From Felis catus (Eukaryota), in contig NC_058368.1 in NCBI RefSeq assembly GCF_018350175.1, positions 234,114,001 through 234,178,000 on the forward strand: a DNA stretch of 64,000 nt, read 5' to 3'. Positions 11,718 through 24,975 of this stretch are shown here, piece after piece (position 1 is the first letter of the stretch; each line of letters opens with the position of its first letter). The notes beneath the pieces were generated by a model, which made no database searches, was not told the origin of the DNA, and was given only the letters and a program-made list of their open reading frames with translations. The position numbers and the translations under genes are program-made.

Positions 11718-12239
11718 TCCATGTGCCAGAACCCACAGTCAGTCAAAGAAATAGCCCCACCATTTACAGTAGTATCAGTGCCATTCTCTTTGCTTTAATG
11801 GAAATCTTGGTGGACATTTGACAAGGAAAAGCCTGTCAGTTAAGCAGCACCTGCACAGGGCAGCTTTGCCTGCTGGGTGACAGCCAGCGTGGAGACATTC
11901 ATTAGGGTGGCAGCATAGCCTGGGCTTGGCATGGCTGGGAAGGCCCACCTGACGTCCCACGGTAGATTAGTCGCCCCATCCAGGTCAAGCTATCAGCAAG
12001 AAAGTGAGACAATTAGGCAAAACAGTTTGTTGGCAAGTGTTAAACATGAATCAATGAATAAATTACTTAGGTAAATCACTTCACTGAACAGAACTCAGAG
12101 CCTGTGCCCAGTGTTAGATAAAACAAATAAATGACAAGCACAGCAACACAACCTTTTTTCCTAAAACCCTTCACACAATTAATTTAAAGAAGTTTCAACT
12201 CGTGGCCAGAAGAAAAGGTTTGCCATCTAGTTCAATGAA

Positions 12240-12472
12240 GCGTCTCCTGGGCTCCCCTCCTTCCGTGGACACACTGAAGGGACAGCTGCCTACAGAGCAA
12301 TTCCCTCTGAAAGAAATCAGAAACTAACTGAAGGATGCTCATCCATCAGGTGAACGAGAAACCCACATGGAAATAGGGAGGAAAGGCAGAGACACTGTCC
12401 CCATAAACTTCACCCCTGGCACAGCGCCATGCGATCGGAAGGAACTCCCAGCTCTCGGCTTCTGCCCGAGGA
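12240..12472 (+). mobile_element. Isolated 5'-end (promoter region) fragment of an older L1
   Basis: 'cctccttccgtggacacac...gagcaattccctctgaaagaaa...gaacgagaaacccacat...cataaacttcacccctggc' resembles L1M 5'-end consensus. Confidence 0.6.
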
Positions 12473-12706
12473 TGTAATAAAGATTGTTTGCTTGTTTTAT
12501 TTAGCACACCCCAGTTAACTAAAAACACCAGTGTGGCTGCAAGCTCAATCAAGCTAATTAAACTCTGTCTTTCTGAATTTCAATTATAAAAAAAAAAATG
12601 TTCTATGCTTCTTAACCAACTGAGTAAAATCGTACACAGAGGGAAAGCAACACCAGAAAAATAAGAAAAAAGGTCAATGCAGTGATTCAGTTTAAAGGCA
12701 AAGGCT

Positions 12707-12812
12707 ACTTTGGATTCTGTGTCTCCCTCTCTCTGCCCCTTTCATGCTCGCTCGCTCTCTCTCTCTCTCTCAAAAATAAGTGAATATTTAAAAAAATTAA
12801 AAATAATAAAAA
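12707..12812 (+). mobile_element. 5'-truncated CanSINE
   Basis: Only (CT)n and tail remain. Perfect 14-bp TSD taaaggcaaaggct (12693-12706 and 12813-12826). Confidence 0.92.
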
Positions 12813-13401
12813 TAAAGGCAAAGGCTGGTGCACATTTTCCAGATCTGTAACTGTATTCGATACCAAAGATTCTCCATTGCTGGGCTGACCATGAGCCATT
12901 GTCTGAGTGAATTTATGAGGATGATATTCAACACAAATACCCGAGGAACCTATGTAAATGATCAGTTTATCTACAGACAATAGTCAAAGAACCTCAAGAA
13001 TATCAAATTACTAGAGTATTTTTGGACAGAAAGTTAATTCCAGATTATTCGTGCTCGGCATCTCTACATGATAAAACCCTTGCTCCTTAGAAAGCTGGAA
13101 GCAATATTGGTGACGAAGGGACAGAGATAAAGGAATCTAAGGTTAAATGTTGTGTCAAATTGTTTTTCTCACATAGAGAAGATGAGAAATCTTTTAAGAC
13201 AACTATGATTAGCAATGAGAGAGATGTCCTTGTTTTCATTACAAATCTAATTTCCAGGACTGTATTTTCTCAACATGTGAGGAAAGTATGTGAAATCATA
13301 ACAAAATTGAAGCTGTTTTAGGTTAAAATATGCAGACTAAAAATCATTTCACCTTTCATGTTCATTTGAGCCTTCAACTTAACAGACAAGCATGTGTGCA
13401 C

Positions 13402-13403
<2 letters not shown>

Positions 13404-13433
<30 letters not shown>
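13404..13433. repeat. (CA)n microsatellite
   Basis: Perfect CA run. Confidence 0.95.
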
Positions 13434-13435
<2 letters not shown>

Positions 13436-14009
13436 GCACCTGTGCACGCACATACATTTGGGACACTCTATCAGGATTTTGTCCATGTTTGTGAAGATAA
13501 ATGACAATACCACAGACTACCCTAACATATAATAAATATTTTTGACACCAATTAGTCTGGACCAATAAAAATGGAATGCACGCTGAAGAATTCCCAGGAG
13601 TAATGGGTCTTGGGAAGGACAAAACTAAACAGAAATGCCATTGTTGGCTTGGACAGACAGAAAGTTTTGTTTTCGGAATTCTTACCAAATGACTGATGCT
13701 CTATTTTTCACTGATAAGTGCCGTGGCGGTTTCAAGTCAACACAGCCTCACGGCCACAGAGGAGAAATGTTCTTTTTAATTAGGAAAACCTTTTTCAGCC
13801 TAGAGAGGGAGTTTTTTCCAATGGAATGGGTGGAAATTCATCTCTCCAGTCCCTCCCACTGATTTTCCTAATGAACTGAGCTTCATTAGATAGAGCTAAG
13901 GCAAAAATTATCCTAAACTAAAAGCTAAAATTTTACCCATTAAGAGAAAATGGGGACCATAACCCACAGAACAGCTCCCAAGGATTTGCTTTATTTCTTT
14001 TTCTACTCC

Positions 14010-15085
14010 TTATTAAAGTGGTAAGAACACTTCCATAAGACTTGCCCTCTTAACACATTTTTAAGTGTACAATACAGTATTGGTAACTATAGGCACCACG
14101 TTGTACAGCCGATCTCTAGAATTTACTCACCCTGTAGAACTGAAACTTTATGCCTATTGAACAGCAGCTCCCCAATCCCCCCTCCCCCAGCACCTAGGAA
14201 CCCCCATTCTATTCTCTACTTCTAAGAGCTTGACCCTTCTAGACTCCTTGTGTTAAGTGAGGTCATGCAGAATTTGTCCTTCTTATTTCAATGAGCAGAA
14301 TGTCCTCAAGGTCCATTCATGTTGTCTCATATTGCAGTACTGCCTTCCTTTTAAGCCTGGATAATACTCCATTGTATGTCTCTACCACGTTTTCTTTATC
14401 CATTCACCTGTGGACAGACATCAAGGTCATGTCCATACGTTGGCTATTGTAAATAATGCTGCCGTGAACATGGGAGTGAAGATAGCTGTTTAAAATACTG
14501 ATTTCAGTTCTTTTAGATACTCAGGAGTGGGATTTCCGGGACATAGGGTAGTTCTATTCTAATTTGTTAAGGAAACTGTGTACTGTTTTCCATAGAGGCT
14601 ATACAATTTTACCTCCCCACCAACAGTGAATGGAGGTTCCAATTTTTCCACATCCTTGCCAACAATTGTTACTTTGGGGGTTTTGGGGGGGAGTGGGGAA
14701 TGTTTGTTTGTTTGATGATAGCCATCCTAACAATCTCATTGCGGTTTTTGTTTTTAAAATTTTTTTTAACATTTATTTATTTTTGGGAGACAGAGAGACA
14801 GAGTGAGAGAGGGGCAGAGAGAGGGAGACTCAGAATCTGAAGCAGGCTCCAGGCTCTGAGCTGTCTGCACAGAGCCTGACACGAGGCTCGAACCCATGAA
14901 GTGTGGGATCATGACCTGGGCCGAAGTCGGACGCTCAACTGACCGAGCCACCCAGGAGCCCCTCATTGTGGTTTTGATACGCACTTCCCTGATGATTACT
15001 GATTCTGAACATCTTTTCATATGCCTGCTGGCCATTTGTATGTCTTCTCTGGAGAAATGTTTACTCAAGTCCTTTGATCATTTAG
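14010..15085 (-). mobile_element. L1MA-type 3' end (~0.85 kb) interrupted by a SINE
   Basis: 'tttttaagtgtacaatacagtattg.taactatagg...ttggctattgtaaataatgctg...tgtcttctctggagaaatgt'. Confidence 0.88.
14745..14962 (-). mobile_element. CanSINE (SINEC_Fc type)
   Basis: Full SINE. TSD ctcattgcggtttt / ctcattgtggtttt. Confidence 0.95.
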
Positions 15086-15894
15086 GTCAGTTTTAATGAT
15101 CCAATTCTAGGTTGCTGCTTAAAACCTTGATTAATGTATGTTGAAGAAGAAAAACGTCACCACTAAAAAATGTACTGTTCATCACAAGTGTTCATTATCA
15201 GCATGCATGTTGCGCAGACCAGGTAACAGTAGCCAAATTACAGCAGAGAACAAAGTTCCAGACCCAACTTCCAGAAATTGTTGCCTTGACCAGCTTCGCA
15301 TTTGTCAGGAAGGATGGAGCCAGGAACCCATCCAGCCTCTGACCTCTGCAGCAACCGTGCAGGCATTACCAACAACGTTTCCATTCCATTAAACAGCAAA
15401 AACCTTGACTACAGCGTTGACCACCACCCAGGGCTCAGAACCGTCACCAGCTCCCCGTGCCTCAGTGAGTGAACCCGGATAAAGTTCTCCGCTGACCCTG
15501 ATCTACTGACAGTGACCAAGCCCACTCAATAAACACTTTGTTTTGCTACGGTCCATGAAATTAACTGAGCATCTGACTTTATGTGACCTACCCCACGGGT
15601 GACTTGCAAATCTGAGCGTGGTTGAGTCGGGGGGGGGGGGGACACCATTCAGAATCAGCTTGTTTCCTCAAGGATGTGCTGTTTGGTCCGAAGAGGAATT
15701 AGCCTTCAGCCTTTATCTTCTTTCCCCACAACACATCACCACTAGTACAGAAATCCAGTACCTCCCTCAAACCATTGGCCAAAATAAGAGAGCACACACC
15801 ACGTACAGCTATTTGGAAGGCAGAGCTGTGCAAGGCGTGTGCATGGCTGTGCAGTTCGAGTCCCCTGAGAAGAAAACACTGAGAGATAATTATA

Positions 15895-16130
15895 CGGGCA
15901 ACTGGGGCCACCACTCTGGAACACAGTGTGGAGGATCCTGAAAAAGTTAAACATAGAATTACTCTATCATCCTGCAACCATGCTACTAGGTAGCTACCCA
16001 AAGGATACAAAAACACTATTCAAAGGGGCACATGCACCCCAATGTTTATAGCAGCATTATCTACAACAGCCAATTATGGAAAGAGCCCCTGTGTCCATCG
16101 ACTGATGAACGGGTAAGAAGTGGTATGTAT

Positions 16131-16175
<45 letters not shown>
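15895..16175 (+). mobile_element. L1 ORF2-end fragment ending in (CA)n
   Basis: 'aaaaagttaaacatagaattac...tacccaaaggatacaaaa...tgtttatagcagcattatc...tgtccatcgactgatgaa'. Confidence 0.85.
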
Positions 16176-16176
<1 letters not shown>

Positions 16177-16822
16177 TTCTAGATGATACACTCCAAGTAT
16201 GCACCCAGCCTGAGATTGTATCAGTCAGTATCGTACAGCTGAGAAACAAAAAGCCCTCCACTCACAAGTAGCCTGCCATCAACTAAAAGCCCCGTTGCTG
16301 CAGTAAGTGTCCCCAGCCTTCGAAGGGGGAGGCAGGGATCTGCACTTTTATCCCACCGTCCTTCAGATTTCCAGCTGGAGGTGCTTTCCAGGAGCCCTGG
16401 CTCCGCCCTCTGCCCCAGCCTTCACTCGCCTGACTGACTCCTTCCCAAGCACCACGCCTGATGGCAGGTTGGGAGCTACTGCTCAGCTCAGCCCCTCCTC
16501 CACCCTCCAGAGAGGGCCTCGGGCCTGACCTTTTAGGTGTGAGCTCAGCTCGGGCATGGCTAGCAAGCCCATCTGGCCACACAAGTGGAACTTGTGGGTT
16601 TTATCACTGAGCTGACATTTAAAAAAATCTCTGACTCCTGTGGCCACCTTTCAGTTCAGCCAGGACCCGGGAAGGGAAGCAAGGGGGTGATCATGTGTGC
16701 AGGCCCCTTGCTTTTTAGACCAGGAGCAGACACGTAACCCTGCTCAAGATCATGTTGCTGGATCTGGTTCACAGCCTCAACCCGCCAGGGCTTTGGTGGT
16801 GCGCTCTCAACTCTTAGACTTT

Positions 16823-17095
16823 TATAATTTTTTTAAGGTTTATTTATATTTGAGAGAGAGGGGGAGAGGGAGAGGGAGAGGGAGGGAGAGGGAGAGAGGG
16901 AGGGAGAGGGAGAGAGAGAGAGAGAGAGGAAGAGCGCACAAGCAAGGGAGGGGCAGAGAGAGACAGAATCCGAAGCAGGCTCCAGGCTCTGAGCTGTCAG
17001 CACAGAGCCCAACAAGGGGCTGGAACTCATAAGCCCTGAGATCCTGACCTGAGACAAAGTCAGATGTTTAACTGACCGAGCCACCCAGGTGCCCC
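16823..17095 (-). mobile_element. CanSINE with expanded (GGGAGA)n
   Basis: Full SINE. TSD actcttagactt on both sides. Confidence 0.95.
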
Positions 17096-17479
17096 TCACT
17101 CTTAGACTTGTCTTTCATCTCCCGATCATTTATGAAATGTGACCAGGAGAGAACTATGGGTACACTCAGACAAGCCACCCTTCAGTTTCGCCCCGAGCTG
17201 ATTTGTCCATTAATCAGAACCACGTGGGCTCTGTTGCTAATGGTTACTAATCTTTCTAATAGGCTTCCCTTCCCAAAGCCATTTTCCACTCCAGAGCCAG
17301 TGGTGTTTTTGGTTTGTTTGGGTTTTGTTGCTTTTTTACATGCAACGCATGTGTCAGCTCCTGTTTAAATATCTGGCTTTTCTTCTTCTTCTCCCTCTTC
17401 TCCTTCTTCTTCTGGCTTTTCTCCCTGCCCCCCTCCCTTCCTTCTCCTCTTCCTCTGCCTCCTCTTCTTTCTCCATTAT

Positions 17480-17852
17480 TATATATATAATGGAATATTA
17501 CTCGGCCATAGAAAATAATGAAATCTTGCCATTTGCGATGACATGGCTAGAACTAGAGAGATTTATGCTAAGTGAAGTAAGTCAGAGAAAGACAAATACC
17601 ATATGATTTCACTCATATGTGGAATCGAAGGAACAAGACAAATGAGCAAAGCGGGGCGGAGAGGGAGACAAACCAAGAAACTGACTCTCAACTATAGAGA
17701 AAAAACTGGTTACCAGAGGGGACAGGGTGGGGGGATGGGTAAAATAGGTGATGGGGATGAAGGAGGGTGATGCTTGGAAGAGTTGAATCACCATATTGTA
17801 CACCTGAAGCTAACATGACACTGAATGTTAACCAACTGGAGTGTAAATAAAA
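17480..17852 (+). mobile_element. L1 3'UTR fragment
   Basis: 'atggaatattactcggccata...gaaatcttgccatttgc.atgacatgg...gacaaataccatatgatttcactcatatgtggaatc...aaataaaa'. Confidence 0.88.
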
Positions 17853-18039
17853 AGTTGCAAAGAAACACGTACGGTAACATTTTACGAATAGTGGTTCAGA
17901 ATTCTGGAGGCACGGCTTATGGTCACACCTGTAGTGACTTTGTTCAACTGGCAGTTGTTAATTAGAACCACTGGACACTGGACAGTGAGCCATGGTTCCA
18001 TGAAGGAACACAAGGCGATCAGAAAAAGAAGAAACAAGT

Positions 18040-18400
18040 ATACATGTGAAAGACGACGCGGGCGATGCCTGTGAAGGCTACAGGGGAGGAGGGGCAAGCG
18101 TGGGGGGCCTTCAGATGAGGGTGCAGGTCTGCTCCTGGTAAAAGGCAAGAGAACAAGGAGGTTTGGGCGGCAGAAGTCTCAGACTGTACGGAGTACGAGA
18201 AAGACTTGGCAACCTGATGTACAGCGCCCGGACTCACTGCTTCTGAGAGGAATCCGCCCTGGGCAGCAGTGGCCGGGTTCTGGGACGCCCGCCACGCTCG
18301 GTCACTGGTTGGGTGCAGCCCATGGGAGCCTGGCTGGAATGACCCATGGGCATGGCAGCTGGAGGGTGTCAGCCAGCCAGGCTCCCGAAGCAGGTTCTCT
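18040..18400 (-). mobile_element. LTR16-like ERVL LTR relic
   Basis: 'ccttcagatgagggtgcaggtctg...aagtctcagactgta...gagaaagacttggc...ctcggtcactggttgggtgcagccc'. Confidence 0.6.
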
Positions 18401-18559
18401 TGAGAAGAGATCTGAGTGGGGCCGCACGATGGCCCTTCCCTCTCGTCTCTCCTTAATTCAGAGCCTCTGCTGTGAGAGGCGTCTGTTGTTTTTGAAGCTA
18501 CCATTAATTTCCCTACCTTCCGGTCACAACACATAGATTTTCCTGGAGGAAACCACAAC

Positions 18560-19036
18560 CACATTCTAGTCTCCTTGGTGTGGGTGAAACTGGCCCTCCC
18601 CCCTGCAGATGTGGTCGTACGACCGTAAGCAATCAGAACGTGTTCTGTCCCCAATGCAAGGGACTAATGAGGACATGGGCACAGCACCCAGAGCCACCGA
18701 GATCATCCCAGGGCTTTTGCTGGGAGTTGAGCACATGGACTGTATCTTTCTTGCTGGGGTTGCTGCGGGAACAGCAATGAGCCTGCAGCCACCGGAAGTG
18801 GTCTCGACCTCCCAAGGCAAAGCCTGCCTGAGAATAAAGCCAACAGAGAGAAGAGCAAAGACAAGGAATGGGGCAAATGAGACTAAGGCATTATGATTTG
18901 TCTTGAGTCCCTTGGTCCAGTCATGCTTGAAGGCACGGTTTATGCCCGGACTCCTCAGTCAAGGAGCCGATGGCTTTCCTTTCCTGTTTAGGTTAGATTT
19001 TCTGTCACTTGCCACCATGAGTCTTGATTGATGTAT
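18560..19036 (+). mobile_element. MLT1J/K-like MaLR LTR
   Basis: 'gcctgcctgagaataaagccaaca...ccttggtccagtcatgcttgaag...ttttctgtcacttgc.acc..gagtc.tga' matches the old MLT1 3' end. Confidence 0.7.
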
Positions 19037-19204
19037 TTAGTTTTCACTAATAGCTTTGGTGGACCATAGTCCATATTCTTATCCTTCTCTAGCAGACTGA
19101 GAATATAATTTCAGGCCCTATAGAAAAATTATACAAGAATACATTTGTATTACTTATGAAATTGATGAAAACACAATTTTACTTGGAGTTATTAACGATG
19201 TCAC

Positions 19205-20045
19205 CTATATCAGCAAGGATCCAGACAATATACCGGTTAACATAACAGAATTTAATGTAAGGAATCATTCAGTAGGTATAAAGAACTGTTAACTAGGTAG
19301 CTAAACAGGCAAAAACAGACCTCTATGGTGCCATGTAGGTAGACACAGAAGGAAGCTGCTATCACCATCGGGGCTGAGGGAAAAATTGGAATTATTACAA
19401 CTGGAAGCTTGAGAGAGGGCCCTGAAGAGCCGAAACTCATACTTCAGATGCAGGTGTCTCTGAGGTCTGAGACCACGAAGCCATGGTCTGGGATCCAGGC
19501 ATCCGAGGAAAGCCTCCTTTCGGCTGGTGTCCCTGGGAAGGTGCCAGTGTGGAGAAAAACCGACAAACTGGACTCCACTCCTTCACTTTTTTAATGTTTA
19601 TTTATTTACTTATGAGGGAGAGAGAAAGAGAGAGCGAGCTTGAGCAGAGGAGGGGCAGAGAGAGAGAGACACAGAATCCGAAGCAGGCTCCAGGCTCCGA
19701 GCCGTCAGCACAGAGCCTGATGTGGGGCTGAAACCATGAGCTGTGAGATCATGACCTGAACTGAAGTTGAACCCTCAACCTACTGAGCCACCCAGGTGCC
19801 CCTGGACTCCACTCCTTCTAGAGTAAGCAGTGGTCACTGCCAGAGTAACAGTGTCTGGTGTGTTAGAAGTCATAGGAATGAGACGGACGGGGTCCTCTCT
19901 CTCTCCTCCTGTCTCCAGTCTTTCCCTACACCCTACAGGCAAAGCCTAGCGGCCATCCAGCTAGCAAAGGACACCGTGGCTTCCAGGGGTGCAGCACGGA
20001 AGGGTGAGCTGGGAACTGAGAGTCAGTGACTTAACAATCTGCACA
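19205..20045 (-). mobile_element. Old ERVL LTR (LTR33/LTR41-like), interrupted by a SINE
   Basis: Minus strand starts 'tgtgcagattgttaag...ctctcagttccc..tcacccttc...tttgctagctgg...taggctttgcc'. Confidence 0.55.
19587..19801 (-). mobile_element. CanSINE (SINEC_Fc type)
   Basis: Perfect 17-bp TSD ctggactccactccttc. Confidence 0.96.
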
Positions 20046-20389
20046 GAGTCGAAGCGCTCAGTGGGCCCAGCAACACTAGCCAGAAATCAGGGCATCTGGC
20101 AAAAATACATGGCCCATGGGGTGCTGACCTCTACAGGAGTAATCTTATGACTGACTTCCCAGGAAATGCCCAGAAAGACCATTTCAAACGCAGTAGAAAC
20201 GTTTTGTAAGCCCCGAGCACAAGATCGTTTGACATCTCAGTTTAGTGATGGAACCCCAAAATTCATGAGTCCTCAACACCTTAGAACACTCCTCAGGGCC
20301 CTGACTACAACCTAAACGTGAAGGCCCCCATTTTTTAGTGTAAAACAAGAATGACACGCCCTGGGTTCAAAAATAGGCAGTCACATCTT

Positions 20390-20520
20390 TAAATAAAATA
20401 AAAATGTATTAAATATATTATATTTGTATTATAATATATTTGTATATTTGTATTATATTTGTATATTTATATTATATAATGTATTAAATATATTATACTT
20501 ATATATTATATATATAATAA
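20390..20520. repeat. AT-rich low-complexity tract
   Basis: Degenerate tatatt/tatttgta repeats. Confidence 0.85.
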
Positions 20521-23228
20521 GTTAATTTTTAACCTATTGTTAACTCAAGCAAAACACTATAAAACATCAGATTTCTGAATTTACTGTTTTTCTACTCAGT
20601 AAAGTTTTCAAAGGATAACTGTGTTATATTTTTAAAGCCCTAAGTGGAAAGGTGTTGTTTTTTGTTTTTGTTTTCTTTTGTTTTGATCTCAAAAGATACA
20701 TTTACATTTTTCTGAGAGGCAGTTCTGATCTGGCATGACATACTTTGTGGGTCTACACCTGCAATGCTTAGGGAAGTAGGAAACAAAAAATCCAAACTAA
20801 TTTTGTGATTGAATTCTTACTTCTGTCTAGTGGATTTCCATGGTGAGGACCTCAGTGGAGCAGAACATTCAGAACATTTTGGTTGTCTCCCTTACCCTGT
20901 TCATCAGTGTGCAATCCTGTGGGGACACAGTGTTCATGAATATGTGTCTGGGTCAGTCCTGGGAGTGAGCCTGTGACTGAGGGAGACCCCATTAAAGTCC
21001 ACTTGCATGGCACCCCTACCCCATCCCATTTCCCCGGCTGCCAAATGCATTCCATCAGTGAAGGTGGAAATATTGTTAGGGCATCTGAGGCAATGACTTC
21101 TGCCGATGGCCACTTTTCATATTCAGGTATCTACAGGGGCGGCAAGATCCAGTTTGCCTTCCCTTGCTAGCTCAAGGGCCGGCTTTTTGCTGAGACTTGA
21201 GTGATCCTATTATTTGGAGAGTTTTGTCCATTTTCATGTCAATCACAGTAGGTGTCAAAAATTTCTTTCCATGGCAGTCCGTTATTTTTGCCTCTAAATA
21301 CTGCAATTTTGTTACAAAGAACTTACAGGGTTATGAACTTTATTCTAATCTCCTATGTGCAAAAGAGCTGATAACACACTGTTTGTTCCCTGTGATGCTA
21401 AAGCCATTTGTTCAATGCCGTGGGGATTTTTGAATTATTTGTCTCCAAGCGTTTCAAAGTACTTGAAGTTTTCATTCTGATTTTCTCTAAGCTCAAATGC
21501 CCATTTTAAATTTATAAGACTCCTTGAGATTTCCAGTCATACTGCTCACAAATATATTCTGGAACAAAGAAATAACACCTCTGGATAGTTTTCCTAAACT
21601 ATCACCAATAGCCAGCATCCTTTAAGCACATACTCCAGATAGGACCTCAGGACAAGCTCTGAGGATCCAAGTTGAGGCGCTTAGTTACCACCACTGAAAA
21701 CCATCCAACAGACAACCTGAGAAAAAAATAGTTCAGTGTTATAAAGAGCATAACCCTGGGTACAGAATCTTCTGAACTAACCAAAGGACATCTTCTAGGG
21801 AAAGACATTTTGTAGTCTCATCTGCTCTCTGCCTTTGAAAAATGCAAACGAGACCATTTCTGGAGCTTAAAATTCTTAGCTTCCAACAAGACGGCACGTT
21901 TTAAGAAGACGTTATCTTGTTACCGAAGCACAAGAGGTAAGTCTCCAGTACAACCTCCTTGAGAGTAGAAATGCCAGAGGAGAGGAAGAAAGAGAGAGCA
22001 AGAGCCCCCTCTCATGGTGCAGGAGGGTCCATGCAGGAAGGTTACTCACCTGAGTGTCTTGCCCTGGGCTGTCTAGAACTCATCACAAGGTACCTACATT
22101 TCTCCCACTCAGAGGAAAATCATCGCCTAGGCTAATGTGTTCTGTGAATCTCGTTTCTGTTCATTGTGGGCTCATGGAGGGTAAATAAACCTCAAAAATG
22201 AGTGAGAGGGAAGAAAAATAGGCAAATACTTCAAGATGAATCAAATGTTACCTGCCATTACTACCTATTGGCCTTCAGATGTCCTGTCTCTTCAACTTGT
22301 AAACTTTCTGGAAACAAGGGCATCTACAGAGACTTATTGTGGCACCATCAAGGCACCATGGCTATCATATGTACACGTTGCATTGAATTCATGATAATGA
22401 GTTATTATCTAAAAATAAGCCTTCTCTGAAACTTCAGAAACTGCTGTTCTGAAAGCTCTTTCTTGCCTGAAATCTGTGAAATGAGTTAACTTTGCTCACT
22501 GGAAACTTGCAGCCAAATCAGTTTCCTTATTCAAGACAGTGGCAGCCAGGCACACTGGGAGAGCAATTTTGTAAATGGGTTGGCAATAGACTTATATCTC
22601 CCCATAATATATCCATCATAAAACTGGATGAACCAATTTGGGAAATCATAGCTCAGTCCAATAATGTAAGTCATCAGCAGATTCTGGGAGTGTTGTTTCT
22701 TTTCTAACCCACAGAGGAAGAACCTGCTCCCCCAGAATGCCCAAACAGCCAAGGCTGGGGAAGCAGAGTCCTCTTGGATCTTGCTGCATAAGGCGGGGAA
22801 GATCACTTAGTCATGCTTGGTCCAGCAATCTCTCTGCTAGAAACTCAAACTGAACCAGCCTCTCCTCTAACCTCCTCAAGGGGAAGTTCCAAGAACCACA
22901 CTTATCAGTCAGTATGCCTATAGGAAGCAACCTCTATCCCAGCTCAAGAGCAGCCATTCTCCCTGCTTCTGATGGGAAGAGAAAGATCACTTATGGACTA
23001 GAGCGGCCATCTCTACAATCATGGGCAGTAATGCCATGAGAAACATCTGTCAGGAGGAGCAAAGTAACCAAATTTGGGAAATTCAAATTTCTGGGCTTTT
23101 TTGGTCCAAGCTGTGTAGGTAATGGCCTTTCTCAGTCACTGTTGGTACATAGAGTTGAGTAGTTTCCTTACTAATATAATATAAAATAATTTAAATTCAA
23201 ATGCGAAGGTGCTCATATTTTGCAAATA

Positions 23229-23252
23229 GTTTTCACTTTCACTTTCCACGTG
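23229..23252 (-). promoter_or_regulatory. Tandem IRF/ISRE-type motif abutting a CACGTG E-box
   Basis: Minus strand GGAAAGTGAAAGTGAAAAC at 23229-23247. CACGTG at 23247-23252. Motif match only. Confidence 0.4.
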
Positions 23253-24282
23253 CATTATTTCATCAGCTCCCAAGATGACTCTATTTGAGAACCATCTCTC
23301 TTTCAGCAGAGGAAAATGACCCAAGACAATACTAGAAATCAGAAATCATCAACCAGGTTACTGGAGGGATCCAAGAAAATCAAGGCATTTGGGGGGTGGG
23401 GTGGGTAGTGATTGTGAAAACAGCCTTCATAATTCATCTGGCTGTATCCAGTCAGTGGTGACTCCGTGAATCAGGATGTTCTGAGAGTTTGGAGCACAGA
23501 CCACACAGCAACATTGAGCAGGTGGTGTTCTTGCTCTCTTCTCTGAAATTTGCAGCATTAGAGTAATGACCCTTTGACAACATGGCCTTAAAACAAAGAT
23601 CTTTTGACAAGGGTCATCGTCTTTTCAAACTGCAGCAAGACCCATGGGATTAGGAGTCATGAAGCAATGTGAGTCATCAAGATGACAAGATGACAGGACA
23701 TCTAACGTTCAGTACTAAATACTGCCGGGGTCTACTGCCAGAACATGGCCTGGGTTGCAGCCTGTTGCTTAAAAACAATACAGAGACTCCACAAGACCAC
23801 CCCAAAAAACAACCTAGATCCCATTCAGCTGGATGGAGGGCAGGGGAGATGCTGAGGAAAGTCCCGTCCAGTCAACCAAGCACAATTTCCACTGCAAATG
23901 GCAATAACACTATCAGCAGCAAGGGCCATTCTGATATGGAGAGTTGGCAGAACTTGGTACTGGAGAATGCCTTTGGAAAGTACTTAGACCTGCAGATATC
24001 AGCTCAGAGCAGTCTTTGGTGAAAGACTGGTCTCTGGGAACTGGGCAGGGCTACAGTCTCTAAGAGAAGCTGGCAATAAAAAAGGTGGGACTCTACCAGG
24101 AAAGTGATACCTGGTTCTAGGTAAGTTAGTTGAAACAGTCCTGGACTCAGGCTTGGCAATGATGGCTGATATCAAACTATTAGAGTGAAGAAGGTTTAGC
24201 ACCTGGATGTCTGGATTGTGTACATAAAAAAAAAAGAAGAAGGAAAGAAAAAACCCAAACCTATCTAGGTGCAAAATGTCTT

Positions 24283-24675
24283 TGTGGCAGAGACAGCTGG
24301 CTATCCTCCCAAAACTTGTGGTTTCTCTGTCCCATAGTAGATAGCTGTCACTGAGAAATGGCTTCCCAATAAGGTCCTATGTCTCCCAGTCCCTTTTGTA
24401 TCCAGAAGGAGCCAAGTGAGCAGTCTTGGAAGTGTGGGATGCAGTGGGTACCCTTTCTGCCAGAGGCAAAAAGCAACAGCACAGCTGGCCCTCTTCTTCC
24501 CCCATCCATCAGCTGGGAGTAAAGGACAACAGAGAGATGGACCCTGGAACTCTGAACCAGCACAGGGGGGAAGCTGCCCTCAGATTAGAAACAACACATC
24601 CAATCTCGAAAGAGCAAGGAACAAACATCTATTGTGTTAAGTAAACCTTAAATGTAAAGGTTTGCTTGTGGATAA
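24283..24675 (+). mobile_element. MLT1I/J-like MaLR LTR
   Basis: Starts 'tgtggcagagacagctggc'. Ends 'aaacatctattgtgttaag...ggtttgcttgt'. Confidence 0.6.
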
Positions 24676-24864
24676 TTCATGATCACACATCTGGCAAATG
24701 GAAGTCCTGAACTTGAGCCCCATGCCTACCACCTGGCCCGGTGCTCCTCCCACTACACTCTAGCTGCCCTTGAACTTGGGCTTCTAGTTTGACCACGTCC
24801 CTTGGTTTGGGCTGACAGCCCGCATCCTCCCTCAGTTTCGAAGAAAGTAAGGGCTTACAGAAAG

Positions 24865-24975
24865 ATCTTTGAACCTGAGTTGATAAATCTGACTCTGCTA
24901 TCTAACCAGATGTGTAACCTTGAACTAGGCTTCTACCTCTGTGGCTTCAGCTTCTTCCCTCAAGAAATGAGGTGA
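24865..24975 (+). mobile_element. MIR fragment
   Basis: 'aatctgactctgcta.ct.accagatgtgtaaccttgaac...cctctgtggcttcagcttc'. Confidence 0.55.

Noticed and set aside
15220..15600. Possible LTR with AATAAA at ~15528
   Set aside because: No recognisable family sequence, termini or TSD.
18019..18654. 211-aa minus-strand ORF
   Set aside because: Non-ATG start, spans two unrelated decayed LTRs (LTR16-like and MLT1-like), and has no recognisable domain.
22715..22810. Plus-strand exon after the strong acceptor tttcttttctaacccacag
   Set aside because: No convincing donor nearby and no recognisable peptide.
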